Positions 9,142 through 19,285 of a stretch of 20,000 nucleotides of DNA are shown one piece after another. A program made the translations under genes and the position numbers. Location of the stretch: the sequence record DRR378314_2472; one strand, 5' to 3'. Below the pieces are notes generated by a model. The model saw only the letters and a program-made list of their open reading frames with translations. It ran no database searches and was not told where the DNA came from. How positions within the stretch are numbered: position 1 is the first letter of the stretch; every line of letters begins with the position of its first letter.

Positions 9142-9233
9142 ATTGTGGCCGGATCAGGGGCCTGCGGAGGAGATTTGCTTACAGGATCGCCCAATTGGTT
9201 AAGACCGGGCCGACCACGGGTTCAGGCGTGCGC

Positions 9234-9818
9234 TCAGGCCCGCGTCAGGGCCCGTTTCACCGGGGCAAAGCTCTGGCGGTGGTGCGGGCAGGGCCCGTGC
9301 TCTGCGAGCGCTGCCGCATGCGCTGCCGTGCCATAGCCCTTGTGCCGGGCAAATCCATAGGCCGGGAAGGCGGCGTCCAGCTCCTTCATCAGCGCGTCGC
9401 GCACCGTCTTCGCCAGGATCGAGGCGGCGGAGATGGCTGGCTCCGTCAAATCGCCCTTCACGATGGCCTCCGCGCTGCAGGGGAAGCCCTCGGGCAGGGC
9501 GTTGCCATCCACCAATATGTGCCCCGGCAGCAGGCCGAGCCCGGCCACGGCCCGTTCCATCGCCAGGAAAGTCGCCTGCCTTATGTTCAGCCGGTCGATC
9601 TCTTCCGGCGTTGCATGCGACACGCTCCATGCCGCCGCGCGCTCTCGGATGAGGGTGGCCAGCGCATCGCGCCGCGCCTCGGTCAGCTTCTTGGAATCGG
9701 TCAGGCCCTCAATGGGCTGCGCCGGGTTCAGGATCACCGCGCCGGCCGTCACCGGCCCGGCCCAGGGTCCCCGGCCTGCCTCATCCACGCCGGCAATGAT
9801 CAGCGTTGTGTTCGTCAT
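9234..9818 (-). CDS. rnhB: Ribonuclease HII
   Basis: [31 protein letters not shown]...[22 protein letters not shown]. Start chosen at ATG 9818. Confidence 0.97.
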   Translation of the reverse strand: MTNTTLIIAGVDEAGRGPWAGPVTAGAVILNPAQPIEGLTDSKKLTEARRDALATLIRERAAAWSVSHATPEEIDRLNIRQATFLAMERAVAGLGLLPGHILVDGNALPEGFPCSAEAIVKGDLTEPAISAASILAKTVRDALMKELDAAFPAYGFARHKGYGTAAHAAALAEHGPCPHHRQSFAPVKRALTRA

Positions 9819-9879
9819 GGCGCCAGAGAAACGCGAGTCGCTCTTGCGCTCCAGCGCGCCTCGGGTCTCTATAGCAGCC

Positions 9880-10851
9880 ATGACCCAGCCTTATCGCATC
9901 CAGATGCACGAAACCGGTGGCCCGGACGTGCTGCAAGTTGAAGACTTCATCCCCCGCAAGCCCGGCCCCGGTGAGGTGACAATCCGCCAGAGCGCGGCGG
10001 GCCTGAACTTCATCGACACCTATCACCGCACCGGCCTGTACCCCGTGCGCTTTCCCTTCACGCCCGGACAGGAAGGCGCCGGCGCCGTGCAGGAAGTGGG
10101 CGAGGGCGTCACCCATCTGAAGCCCGGCGACAAGGTGGCCTATCTGGCCAGCGGCACCTATGCCAGCCACTTCACCGGCCCGGCCGAGCGGATGATCCCC
10201 CTGCCGGACAGCATCACCCCGCAGGATGCCGCCGCCGTTCTGCTGAAAGGGCTCACCGCCTGGGCGCTCTTGTTCGAGGTGCGCCCGCTTCAGGCCGGGG
10301 AGACGATCCTGGTCTGGGCCCCTGTGGGCGGCGTGGGCAGCCTGCTGGTGCCGTGGGCGGCCAGCCTTGGCGCGCGCGTCATCGCCGTCACCTCAACGGA
10401 AGCAAAGGCCGAAAAGGCCAAGGCGCTGGGCGCGTCAGATGTGATCATCGGCTATGAGGGCGTGGCCGACAAGGTGCGCGAGCTGACCGGCGGGCGCGGC
10501 GTGGACGTGTCCTATGACAGTGTCGGCCGCATCAGCGCGGAGGAGAGCCTGAACAGTCTGCGTACGGCAGGCTGGTTCGTCACCTATGGCAACGCCTCCG
10601 GCCCGGTTGAGCCGATCCCGCCCGGCCGTCTGGCGCAGGGCGGCTCGCTCGTCATGACGCGGCCAACCCTGTTCAGCTTCATTCAGGATGCGGAAAGTCT
10701 GACGCGCGGCGCCAGCCTCCTCTTCAGTGCCCTGAGCTCCGGAACCCTCAAGGCCGACATCGGCCAACGCTTCCCGCTCTCCGAAGCCGCGAAGGCGCAC
10801 GAGGCAATCGAAAGCGGCACGACAACCGGCGCGACGGTGTTGGTGCCTTAG
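9880..10851 (+). CDS. qor: NADPH:quinone oxidoreductase (zeta-crystallin/MDR family)
   Basis: [57 protein letters not shown] at 9880. Confidence 0.93.
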   Translation: MTQPYRIQMHETGGPDVLQVEDFIPRKPGPGEVTIRQSAAGLNFIDTYHRTGLYPVRFPFTPGQEGAGAVQEVGEGVTHLKPGDKVAYLASGTYASHFTGPAERMIPLPDSITPQDAAAVLLKGLTAWALLFEVRPLQAGETILVWAPVGGVGSLLVPWAASLGARVIAVTSTEAKAEKAKALGASDVIIGYEGVADKVRELTGGRGVDVSYDSVGRISAEESLNSLRTAGWFVTYGNASGPVEPIPPGRLAQGGSLVMTRPTLFSFIQDAESLTRGASLLFSALSSGTLKADIGQRFPLSEAAKAHEAIESGTTTGATVLVP

Positions 10852-10887
10852 CATTTTTGTATGTTCTCAAAATCGGAATATGTTTGC

Positions 10888-11142
10888 ATGTCACAACCAG
10901 AAGGCTTTTTGCTAATTATTTGTAGTTTGATCCCGTTGGTGGGACTAATTGGACTCTTCGCAACTAGGTTCGGGGGCGGAAAACCAAAGGGGGTTGGCAG
11001 TCAATTTATACGTGCGCTAGTTTCTGTAGTCGCGATACCGCTCGCTGTTTGCTTGCTCTTATTAGAAAGAGAAGTTTGGGCGATTGTTGTGATCTCGATG
11101 GGTGTTCTTGGATACGTAACCGCTGGCTTCAAAAAGGCATGA
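10888..11142 (+). CDS. Small hypothetical membrane protein (about 3 TM), AT-rich; alternative start 10861
   Basis: 84-93 aa ORF with three hydrophobic segments, filling an AT-rich gap. Confidence 0.65.
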   Translation: MSQPEGFLLIICSLIPLVGLIGLFATRFGGGKPKGVGSQFIRALVSVVAIPLAVCLLLLEREVWAIVVISMGVLGYVTAGFKKA

Positions 11143-11198
11143 TGGGATGATTGATAACATTTAGTGCGGTAGTTTGCATATCATCTGGGGAGGAAGTT

Positions 11199-11828
11199 GT
11201 GGCTAAAAACGACCCGGCGGCAATCCGAAAATTGAAAGCGTATATTGCAAAAGAAAATCATAACGTAGATCAGATTTTTGATGGCTTTGATAAAGAGACT
11301 GACCGGGCGGCAATTGTTATCGCTGGGTCAATTGTTGAGGACGCGCTTCGGTCGATGTTGGAAGCCCATATGCGCGTCACCCAAACTAAAACCGAAGAAA
11401 ATGAAATATGGGGATCGCAGGGCGTGCTCGGAACATTCTCGGCAAAGATACGACTCGCATATGCTTTACGGTTGCTAGATGCGGGCGCGCGAAAACAATT
11501 GGATGTTCTGCGAGAAATGAGAAATGCATGTGCTCATTCCCAAATGCCGATTGATTTCGACACACCACAACTTCGAGAGGTTTGCAGCGGTTTCCTTCAA
11601 GCCAGCAGAGCGAAGAAGAGAGTACTTCCAGAAACTAATAAGGGATTTCGATCTGCATTCGAAAGTGAGTGTATGTGGCTGGCTACTACGTTTTTGAAGA
11701 GTGGTTTGGATACGTATCGATCATCTCCGGCCCTCAAGAACAAGACACAGTCAGGAATAAATGCTTTGGCGATGCCTTCAACGGCACTCGGTGCAGGGTT
11801 GTTGGACTTTGAGCAGGACGCTGAATAA
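11199..11828 (+). CDS. MtlR/DUF4145-like HEPN-domain protein
   Basis: DRAAIVIAGSIVEDAL, G.LGTFSAKIRLAYAL..L, and the R-x4-H motif RNACAH (11520-11537). GGAGG RBS before GTG 11199. Confidence 0.8.
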   Translation: MAKNDPAAIRKLKAYIAKENHNVDQIFDGFDKETDRAAIVIAGSIVEDALRSMLEAHMRVTQTKTEENEIWGSQGVLGTFSAKIRLAYALRLLDAGARKQLDVLREMRNACAHSQMPIDFDTPQLREVCSGFLQASRAKKRVLPETNKGFRSAFESECMWLATTFLKSGLDTYRSSPALKNKTQSGINALAMPSTALGAGLLDFEQDAE

Positions 11829-11929
11829 GCACCAAAGTGCCGCTTGCTACTCAAATTGAAAGCACCGGTTCAACCATACGAACAGGAAGCCTTATCCGTC
11901 GGACAAACCCGCCCCTTACTCTTGCGGGC

Positions 11930-12643
11930 ATGTTCGAGCTGGAGGATCTTACCAAGCGTGCACTGGCGTCGGCCTGGCCTTTTGTGGCCGGGCGGATGGC
12001 GGCGGTGCGTGAGGCGCTGAGTCCCGGCGAGGACGGAACTGTGCCGCGTGCGGTATATTTTGCGAGCCTGCGCACGCTGCGCGCTCTGGAATCGCTGGTC
12101 CGCCGCATGCTCTATCTCATGTCGCTGGAACTGGCCGTTCAATGGGCCGCGCCAAGGCCGCGCGCGGCGGGCCCGCTCGGCCCCGGCCCGGCGGGCGACC
12201 CGCCGCCGCGCAAGCTGGCGCTGGCCGATCCGTTAAGTCTCTATATTCCGCCGCCGGACCCGCCGGTGAAATACGGCCCACGCCCCTACATCACCATCAT
12301 CGGCATGCCCCGTGCGCCAGAGCCAGACGGGCCGCCAGACTGGGTGGAGGCAGGGCCTCTGTTGACGCGGCTCTCCCGTCTGGTCGAAACCTGCGCCGCG
12401 CGGGATAAGGAGGCCGGGCGCATGGCGCGCTGGCAGGCGCGGCGACTGGCCCTGATGAAGGCGGGGCAGCGCGGGCGCATTCATCCGCTGCGCACGGGAC
12501 GCCCGCCGGGCTATGCCACGGCCCGGGCGCGGCGGGATGATCTTCAGAAAAAGCTGAAGGATTTCTGGTGCTTCTGCCATTGGGCGGATGAAGCGGCCTA
12601 TGCCTCCGCGCTATGCGCCGATGGGGCATCGGCCCCGGCCTGA
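11930..12643 (+). CDS. Hypothetical Arg/Pro-rich basic protein
   Basis: Long ORF with host-like GC3-rich codons from ATG 11930. Segments LRALESLVRRML and RMARW...PLRTGRPPG resemble uncharacterised alphaproteobacterial proteins (recollection only). Start is uncertain. Confidence 0.65.
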   Translation: MFELEDLTKRALASAWPFVAGRMAAVREALSPGEDGTVPRAVYFASLRTLRALESLVRRMLYLMSLELAVQWAAPRPRAAGPLGPGPAGDPPPRKLALADPLSLYIPPPDPPVKYGPRPYITIIGMPRAPEPDGPPDWVEAGPLLTRLSRLVETCAARDKEAGRMARWQARRLALMKAGQRGRIHPLRTGRPPGYATARARRDDLQKKLKDFWCFCHWADEAAYASALCADGASAPA

Positions 12644-12952
12644 CCGGGGCGTCTTTCCTGAAAATCACTGTGTCGTCGGGCCCGCCTGGGCCCTGCCTGC
12701 TCGGGTGCGTGAGGGTGGGCAGGCAGGGCTATGGGCGGCGGGGTGCAGTTGATGGGAACCGCCCATTTTCATCTCGAAAGTCATGGGGTTGCAGGTGCCA
12801 TGACGCCCGGGAGGGGGTGACGCGCATTCCGGGAGAGGGGAAGGGTGTTCGCGTCACAGGGGAAATATGCCCCATGACGGATGAAGGGAAGTTTGCCGGA
12901 TCGCGTGGAATTGACGGCGCACGCGCAAGGCAGCGCTAACCATGCCGGCGAA

Positions 12953-13858
12953 CTATGGCGTATCCTGTAGCTGCAGCAACAGCGCCGGGTCTATGTAGAA
13001 GTCTCCGCCGCGATTGTCGGAGTCCGGATTTCGCCATTTCACGGCCCAGTGCAAATGCGGCCCGGTCGTGCGGCCCGTGTTGCCTGTCTTCGCCAGCAGG
13101 TCTCCGGTCTGGACGATGTCGCCCGCCGCCACGTCGACAGATGACAGGTGCATGAAGACCGAGACCAGTCCGTGGCCGTGATCCAGGAATACAGTGCCGC
13201 CCTCATAATAGAGGTCCGGATCGGCCAGCACGACCACGCCTGGCGCCGGCGCGATCACCTTCGTGCCCACCGGCGTCGCCATGTCATATCCGCGATGCAC
13301 AGACGTGCTCTCGCACGGCTCCCCGGTCACCTTTGAGACGCCGACATATTTCCGCGTCGGCCCGAACGGCGAAGATGTTGGTGCATCAGAGGGCTTCACG
13401 AACCCCTCCAGCGCGCCGGGGCCGGGATTGAAGCTCGCAAACGCATCCTGTTTCTTCACCCAGCTGCGCGAGGCGTGTGCCTTCTGCTCGGCAGAGCGGG
13501 CGTCCACCTTGTCACAATCAAAGCCCGAGATTTCGCGATAGTCATCCTTGCGCGGGGCGATGGCCAGGTCTCCGAACGCGCCACTGTCATGAGACCAGCC
13601 AATGACGCTTGGGGCGGACGTGCTGATCCCGAATTGTGCCGAGCCCATGTCACTGACCGTCAGCTTCGTGCCCGCTACCGTGAACACGCTGCCCGGCGCG
13701 CCGGAACAGATCACCAGTCCGCCTTGGGTCAGTACCCCATCGCACATCGGCGCAGGCGTGATCGCGGTATTGTCTTGACTGGCCGTGGCGGCAGGCGTCT
13801 CTGCCACCGCGCAGCCTATGATCAGCGTCGATAGCCCGGCCAGCAGCGCGCGCCGCAT
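12953..13858 (-). CDS. M23 family metallopeptidase, probable lipoprotein
   Basis: HRGYD (HxxxD), DHGHGLVSVFMHL, GNTGRTTGPHLHW (HxH), N-terminal lipobox-like LIIGC. The ATG overlaps the upstream stop (TGATG). Confidence 0.92.
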   Translation of the reverse strand: MRRALLAGLSTLIIGCAVAETPAATASQDNTAITPAPMCDGVLTQGGLVICSGAPGSVFTVAGTKLTVSDMGSAQFGISTSAPSVIGWSHDSGAFGDLAIAPRKDDYREISGFDCDKVDARSAEQKAHASRSWVKKQDAFASFNPGPGALEGFVKPSDAPTSSPFGPTRKYVGVSKVTGEPCESTSVHRGYDMATPVGTKVIAPAPGVVVLADPDLYYEGGTVFLDHGHGLVSVFMHLSSVDVAAGDIVQTGDLLAKTGNTGRTTGPHLHWAVKWRNPDSDNRGGDFYIDPALLLQLQDTP

Positions 13859-14070
13859 CAGCTGCCCGCCTTGACCATGCGCTGGCTTGCCGCCTCTGCA
13901 TCCCAATAGGCTTCCTGAAGGTCGACACTCCAATAGCGCAGGGCCTGCAAGGGAATTTTGCGGCCCGTCACCGCGCAGGTGACGTAGTCTCCGGGCGAGA
14001 TCATTTCGATGTCGGCATCAAGATAGCGAAGGCGGGCTTCGCCGGCGGGGCGGCTGGATCGATCTAGCAT
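13858..14070 (-). CDS. DUF2093 family protein (alternative start 14082)
   Basis: EARLRYLD....[26 protein letters not shown] is the recognisable core of this small alphaproteobacterial family. Confidence 0.85.
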   Translation of the reverse strand: MLDRSSRPAGEARLRYLDADIEMISPGDYVTCAVTGRKIPLQALRYWSVDLQEAYWDAEAASQRMVKAGS

Positions 14071-14123
14071 GCGCGCGAGCATGCCTGAAATGGGCAGAAA
14101 AGAAAAGATGCGCCGCGCAGAAA

Positions 14124-14157
14124 GTTTACCCTTTGTTCCGCGGAACAAATATGGTAC
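14124..14157. promoter_or_regulatory. Alphaproteobacterial LexA (SOS) box(es) upstream of recA
   Basis: GAAC-aaatatg-GTAC at 14143-14157, the recA-type variant of GAAC-N7-GAAC. A second, oppositely oriented GTTT-N7-GTTC lies at 14124-14138. Confidence 0.82.
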
Positions 14158-14227
14158 ATCCGAGTCAGAGATGGCAAAAGGGGGCCTTGCCAAATGCGGC
14201 CTCATGGTAGACCTAAGGAGACGACTC

Positions 14228-15322
14228 ATGGCCAAAGCGGCGCTTCAACTCGTGGACAAGGATTCAGGCGTGGATAAGCAGAAGGCTCTCGAAACAGCGC
14301 TCGGCAATATTGAACGGTCCTTCGGCAAGGGCTCGGTCATGCGGCTCGGCGACAAGAAGGTGATGGATGTCGAAGCGGTTCCCACCGGATCGCTCGGCCT
14401 GGATATCGCACTCGGCATTGGCGGTTTGCCCAAGGGCCGCATCATTGAGATCTATGGTCCGGAAAGCTCGGGTAAAACGACGCTGTCGTTGCACAGCGTA
14501 GCCGAGGCGCAGAAGAATGGAGGCGTCTGCGCCTTTATCGATGCCGAACACGCGCTGGACCCGGTATATGCTGGCAAACTTGGCGTGGATCTGGATGATC
14601 TTCTCGTGTCCCAGCCTGATACCGGCGAGCAAGCGCTGGAAATCGCGGATACGCTGGTGCGTTCCGGCGCGGTGGATTTGCTGGTCATCGACTCGGTCGC
14701 TGCCCTGACACCGCGCGCTGAACTTGAGGGCGAGATGGGTGATTCCCTGCCGGGGCTTCAGGCCCGCTTGATGAGCCAGGCGCTTCGCAAGCTGACCGGC
14801 TCCATCTCCAAGTCCAAATGCATGGTGATCTTCATCAACCAGATCCGGATGAAGATCGGTGTCATGTTCGGTAGCCCGGAAACCACGACGGGCGGTAATG
14901 CCTTGAAATTCTACTCGTCTGTTCGTCTGGATATCCGCCGTATCGGCGCGATCAAGGATCGTGATGAAGTGATCGGTAACCAGACCCGCGTGAAAGTCGT
15001 CAAGAACAAGGTGGCGCCGCCTTTCCGTCAGGTCGAATTCGACATTCTTTATGGCGAAGGCATTTCCAAGACGGGTGAGTTGATTGATCTTGGTGTGAAG
15101 GCTGAAGTGATTGAAAAGTCTGGTTCCTGGTACTCCTATAAGGGCGAACGCATGGGCCAGGGCCGCGAGAAGACACGGAATTTCCTCAAGGAAAACCCCG
15201 CTATCGCGGATGAGGTCGAGGACGCGATCCGGCGCAATGCGGGCCTGCTCGCAGACGAACTCCTCAATGCCGGCATGGAGTCTGAGCAGGATGACGATCT
15301 GCCGGACGCCGCCGAAGGGTGA
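14228..15322 (+). CDS. recA: Recombinase RecA
   Basis: [60 protein letters not shown] before ATG 14228. Confidence 0.99.
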   Translation: MAKAALQLVDKDSGVDKQKALETALGNIERSFGKGSVMRLGDKKVMDVEAVPTGSLGLDIALGIGGLPKGRIIEIYGPESSGKTTLSLHSVAEAQKNGGVCAFIDAEHALDPVYAGKLGVDLDDLLVSQPDTGEQALEIADTLVRSGAVDLLVIDSVAALTPRAELEGEMGDSLPGLQARLMSQALRKLTGSISKSKCMVIFINQIRMKIGVMFGSPETTTGGNALKFYSSVRLDIRRIGAIKDRDEVIGNQTRVKVVKNKVAPPFRQVEFDILYGEGISKTGELIDLGVKAEVIEKSGSWYSYKGERMGQGREKTRNFLKENPAIADEVEDAIRRNAGLLADELLNAGMESEQDDDLPDAAEG

Positions 15323-15385
15323 TCTGATATGCTCTGAAATCTGGCAATTCAGGGCATGATCTCTCATATTTCAGGTCAATGAACT

Positions 15386-15431
15386 GTCCCTTTGTGGCGC
15401 ACCCCGCTTGGCGCGCCGCGAAGGGACCTTT
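15386..15431 (+). terminator. Probable recA terminator hairpin
   Basis: GTCCCTTTGTGGCGC...GCGCCGCGAAGGGAC stem (with G-U pairs) followed by CTTT. The U tract is short. Confidence 0.5.
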
Positions 15432-15500
15432 ATATCGCCGGTGTAATATTTGTGCCGATTCATTCGGCCCAACCCTCATCGCAAGGACACAGTGTTGCCC

Positions 15501-18140
15501 ATGACCGGCGTAAACGAGATTCGCGAGACCTTTCTCTCCTTCTTCGAGAAGCGAGGTCATTTGCGTCAGGCGTCCGCGCCGCTCATCCCACAGAATGACC
15601 CGACGCTTCTGTTCGTGAATGCCGGCATGGTCCCGTTCAAGAACATATTCACCGGGGCCGAAACGCCTCCGGGGCCGCGGGCAACCACGTCCCAGAAATG
15701 CGTGCGCGCGGGCGGCAAGCACAATGATCTCGACAATGTCGGATACACTGCGCGTCACCACACATTCTTCGAGATGCTGGGTAATTTTTCCTTTGGCGAT
15801 TATTTCAAGGAAGACGCGATCGCGTTCGGATGGGAGCTGTGCACCAAGGAGTTCGCGCTCGATCCGAAAAAACTGCTCGTCACAGTCTATGCCGAAGATG
15901 ACGAAGCCGCCGCGATCTGGAAAAAGGTTGCCGGATTTGATGACAGCAAGATCATCCGGATCGGCACATCCGATAATTTCTGGTCAATGGGCGATACCGG
16001 CCCGTGCGGCCCGTGCTCGGAAATATTCTACGATCATGGCGAAAGCGTTCCTGGTGGCCCTCCCGGTAGCCCGGACGAGGATGGTGACCGGTTCATCGAA
16101 ATCTGGAACCTCGTCTTCATGCAGTTCGACCAGCAGGCCGACGGCACACGCAAGAACCTGCCCAAGCCATCGATCGATACAGGCATGGGGCTGGAGCGGA
16201 TCTCTGCCGTGCTTCAAGGCTTGCACAATAATTACGACATTGACCTGTTCCGCAATCTGATCGCCGCCGAGGAAGACCTCTATGGCACGAAGGCCGCTGG
16301 CGATCAGCTGGCATCCTTCCGCGTGATCGCAGACCATTTGCGCACGTCGGCGTTTTTGATCGCCGATGGCGTACTGCCGTCCAATGAAGGTCGTGGTTAT
16401 GTCCTGCGCCGCATCATGCGCCGTGCCATGCGGCATGGTCATCTGCTCGGCGCGCGCGAGCCGTTGATGTACAAACTGGCGCCAGCACTGATATCCGAAA
16501 TGGGCGCGGCCTATCCTGAGCTTGGCCGGGCCAAGGCGGCAATCGAGTCCGCTCTGGAGCAGGAAGAAGCCCGCTTCCAGCGTACGCTGGGCAACGGACT
16601 GTCCTTGCTCGACAAGGAAACCGCGAACATGAAGGCGGGCGATGCGCTACCGGGCGATGTGGCTTTCAAATTGTCGGACACGTACGGATTTCCACTTGAT
16701 CTGACGCAAGACATTCTGCGTGGTCGCGATATGGGTGTCGATGTCGCCGGGTTCGAGGCTGCACTGGAGCAACAGCGCCAAGACAGCCGCGCAGCGGGTT
16801 TCTCCTCGGGAGATCAGGCTGCGGAGGATATCTGGTTCCGTGTTCGCGATGATGCTGGTGCAACCAAGTTCACCGGTTATGACGGCACAGATGGAAAGGG
16901 GAAGCTGGTTGCGATTGCGGCCGGCGGAGCCCGCGTGGATACCTTGTCACCAGGCGCAGCCGAGATCGTGTTCGATACAACTCCATTTTATGCCGAGTCT
17001 GGCGGACAGTCGGGAGATCATGGCGAAATCGTTTTTGCGAACGGAGCGCGTTTCATCGTGCGTGATGTGCAAAAGCGTGCTGCTGATCTACATGTGCACA
17101 TTGGCGAACTCGTTTCCGGTGAAGTGAAGCTGGGTGAGTCTGCAGACCTTCGCGTAGATGCGGAGCGTCGACGCGCCATCATGGCCAACCATTCGGCCAC
17201 TCACATCATGCATGCGGCCCTGCGCAAGGTGCTGGGTGAGCACGTCACGCAGAAAGGGTCCCTCGTCGAGGCAGATCGATTCCGGTTTGACTTCTCCCAC
17301 AATGGCCCAATGAGTCAGGCCGAGATCGAGGCCGTGGAAGACGAAGTCAACGCCCAGATCCGTGAGAACATGCCGACGGGGATTCAGGTGACTTCGCCGG
17401 ACAAGGCCATCGAAGCAGGAGCCTTGGCCCTGTTTGGTGAGAAATATGGAGATGAAGTTCGTGTGCTGTCCATGGGCACGGGCGATGCTCGGCGCTACTC
17501 GGTTGAGCTGTGTGGCGGAACGCATGTGGAGCGGTCTGGCGATATTGGTCTATTTGTCATTACGTCAGAGAGCGGTGTATCGGCGGGTGTGCGCCGGGTG
17601 GAGGCCGCAACAGGCGCAGAGGCAGTTGCCTTCCTGAAAGGACGTGCGCAGATCGCGGTCGATCTGTCTGAGAGCCTGAAAGTTCCGCTCAAGGATGTTC
17701 CGCGGCGCGTGGCGGCTCTGGGAGACGAGCGCAAGGCGCTGGAGAAAGAGCTTGCCGAAGTCAAGCGCAAGCTCGCCATGGGCGGCGGCGGGGCTGCTCC
17801 TGCCGGACCGGAAGAGATCAATGGCGTCAAGCTGATGGCACGTATTGCCGAAGGTGTCGGCGGCAAGGAATTGCGTACGCTGGTCGATGAGGCCAAGGCG
17901 CAGATCGGTTCCGGCATTGTCGTTTTCGTGGGCGTCGCGGACGGTAAGGCGGGCGTTGCCGTTGGCGTGACCAAAGACCTGACCGACACTTACTCTGCTG
18001 TCGACCTGGTGAAAGCGGCCAGCGAAGCCCTTGGCGGCAAGGGCGGTGGCGGCCGACCTGACATGGCTCAGGCGGGCGGCCCGGATGCGGACAAGGCAGA
18101 CGAGGCGCTAGCGGCCGTGCGTGCCGCGCTCGCAGGCTAG
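15501..18140 (+). CDS. alaS: Alanine--tRNA ligase
   Basis: [41 protein letters not shown], editing motifs NHSATH and ELCGGTH, C-terminal [23 protein letters not shown] before ATG 15501. Confidence 0.99.
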   Translation: MTGVNEIRETFLSFFEKRGHLRQASAPLIPQNDPTLLFVNAGMVPFKNIFTGAETPPGPRATTSQKCVRAGGKHNDLDNVGYTARHHTFFEMLGNFSFGDYFKEDAIAFGWELCTKEFALDPKKLLVTVYAEDDEAAAIWKKVAGFDDSKIIRIGTSDNFWSMGDTGPCGPCSEIFYDHGESVPGGPPGSPDEDGDRFIEIWNLVFMQFDQQADGTRKNLPKPSIDTGMGLERISAVLQGLHNNYDIDLFRNLIAAEEDLYGTKAAGDQLASFRVIADHLRTSAFLIADGVLPSNEGRGYVLRRIMRRAMRHGHLLGAREPLMYKLAPALISEMGAAYPELGRAKAAIESALEQEEARFQRTLGNGLSLLDKETANMKAGDALPGDVAFKLSDTYGFPLDLTQDILRGRDMGVDVAGFEAALEQQRQDSRAAGFSSGDQAAEDIWFRVRDDAGATKFTGYDGTDGKGKLVAIAAGGARVDTLSPGAAEIVFDTTPFYAESGGQSGDHGEIVFANGARFIVRDVQKRAADLHVHIGELVSGEVKLGESADLRVDAERRRAIMANHSATHIMHAALRKVLGEHVTQKGSLVEADRFRFDFSHNGPMSQAEIEAVEDEVNAQIRENMPTGIQVTSPDKAIEAGALALFGEKYGDEVRVLSMGTGDARRYSVELCGGTHVERSGDIGLFVITSESGVSAGVRRVEAATGAEAVAFLKGRAQIAVDLSESLKVPLKDVPRRVAALGDERKALEKELAEVKRKLAMGGGGAAPAGPEEINGVKLMARIAEGVGGKELRTLVDEAKAQIGSGIVVFVGVADGKAGVAVGVTKDLTDTYSAVDLVKAASEALGGKGGGGRPDMAQAGGPDADKADEALAAVRAALAG

Positions 18141-18188
18141 GCGGCCAGGCCAGCAATTGACTCAAACGGCGGAGCCCCTATGTAGGGA

Positions 18189-18247
18189 CTCCGTGGTGAT
18201 TTGGTCGGTCGGCTTGCAGCCACGTTAAACAACTTGCTAAAAGGCTG
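18189..18247 (+). ncRNA. SAM-II (SAM-alpha) riboswitch
   Basis: CCGTGGTGATTTG...CTTGCAGCCACGTTAAACAA..TGCTAAA, with P1 CGTGGT/GCCACG, directly upstream of metA. A TTGACT -35-like hexamer lies at 18157. Confidence 0.9.
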
Positions 18248-18315
18248 CGCGGATATTCCGAACACCCTCACGGCAAGAGTCCGGCTGGCCAGAACTTGGT
18301 AGCGGAGTATTGCGT

Positions 18316-19260
18316 ATGCCCATTCGAATTCCTGACGGCTTGCCCGCGCGCGAAACGCTTGTGCGCGAAGGTGTGCAGGTGCTGGATGAATCCATTGCCA
18401 CACGGCAGGATATCCGCCCCATGCAGATCGGCCTTCTGAATTTGATGCCCAACAAGATCGAGACCGAAGCGCAGATTGCCCGGCTTGTCGGCGCAACTCC
18501 GCTGCAGGTGGAGCTGACGCTCGTCCGGATCGGCAGCCATGTTGCCCGCAACACGTCGGAAGAACATCTCATCTCATTTTACCATACCTGGGATGAGGTG
18601 AAGGATCGGAAGTTCGATGGCTTCATCATCACCGGAGCGCCAGTTGAGCGGTTGCCATTCGAAAACGTGTCGTACTGGGACGAGTTGAAACAGATCTTCG
18701 ATTGGACAGAAACCCATGTGCATTCCAGCTTTTTCATTTGCTGGGGTGCCATGGCGGCAGTTCAGCATTTTCACGGCGTTCCAAAGCACGAGCTGAAAGA
18801 GAAGGCTTTTGGTGTTTATCGTCACCATAATCGCAAGCCGGAATCTCCTTTCCTCACGGGGTTCTCGGACGACTTTTCCGTTTCGGTGTCGCGCTGGACG
18901 GATGTGCGGCGGGAAGACATTCCCGAAGACAGTGGTCTGAGCATTCTTATGGAGAGCGATGAGACCGGACTGTGCCTGTTGCATGAAGCGCACGGAAACC
19001 GGCTCTATATCTTCAATCATATTGAATATGATTCCACATCGCTCGGCGCAGAATATCAGCGAGATGTGGCGGCGGGGAAATCGATCAATGTACCGGCCAA
19101 TTACTTTCCGGACGATGACCCCACCCGGACCCCGAAAAACCGGTGGCGCTCGCACGCGTTTCTATTGTTCGGGAACTGGATAAACCAGATGTATCAGACG
19201 ACATCCTATAATCTCGAAGATATAGGAACGGAGCGCGGCGGCGACAGTAAGGTCCGGTAG
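18316..19260 (+). CDS. metA: Homoserine O-acyltransferase, MetA family (probably acetyl-specific)
   Basis: [66 protein letters not shown]. Confidence 0.96.
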   Translation: MPIRIPDGLPARETLVREGVQVLDESIATRQDIRPMQIGLLNLMPNKIETEAQIARLVGATPLQVELTLVRIGSHVARNTSEEHLISFYHTWDEVKDRKFDGFIITGAPVERLPFENVSYWDELKQIFDWTETHVHSSFFICWGAMAAVQHFHGVPKHELKEKAFGVYRHHNRKPESPFLTGFSDDFSVSVSRWTDVRREDIPEDSGLSILMESDETGLCLLHEAHGNRLYIFNHIEYDSTSLGAEYQRDVAAGKSINVPANYFPDDDPTRTPKNRWRSHAFLLFGNWINQMYQTTSYNLEDIGTERGGDSKVR

Positions 19261-19285
19261 TGTTCGTCGCACTAGAAAGTATGGT

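Noticed and set aside
9433..9879. N-terminal extension of qor given by the ORF track, and likewise for recA from 14069, acyl-CoA dehydrogenase from 4514 and M23 from 13933
   Set aside because: The extensions overlap other genes or promoters. Family homology and, where present, the RBS point to the downstream starts.
12613..12939. 108-aa ORF across the structured intergenic region
   Set aside because: No RBS, Gly/Arg-rich low-information sequence, and it overlaps the upstream gene. The region is better explained as non-coding.
12911..12943. TTGACG...GCTAACCAT sigma70-like promoter antisense to the M23 gene
   Set aside because: The spacer of about 20 bp is too long, and there is no other support.
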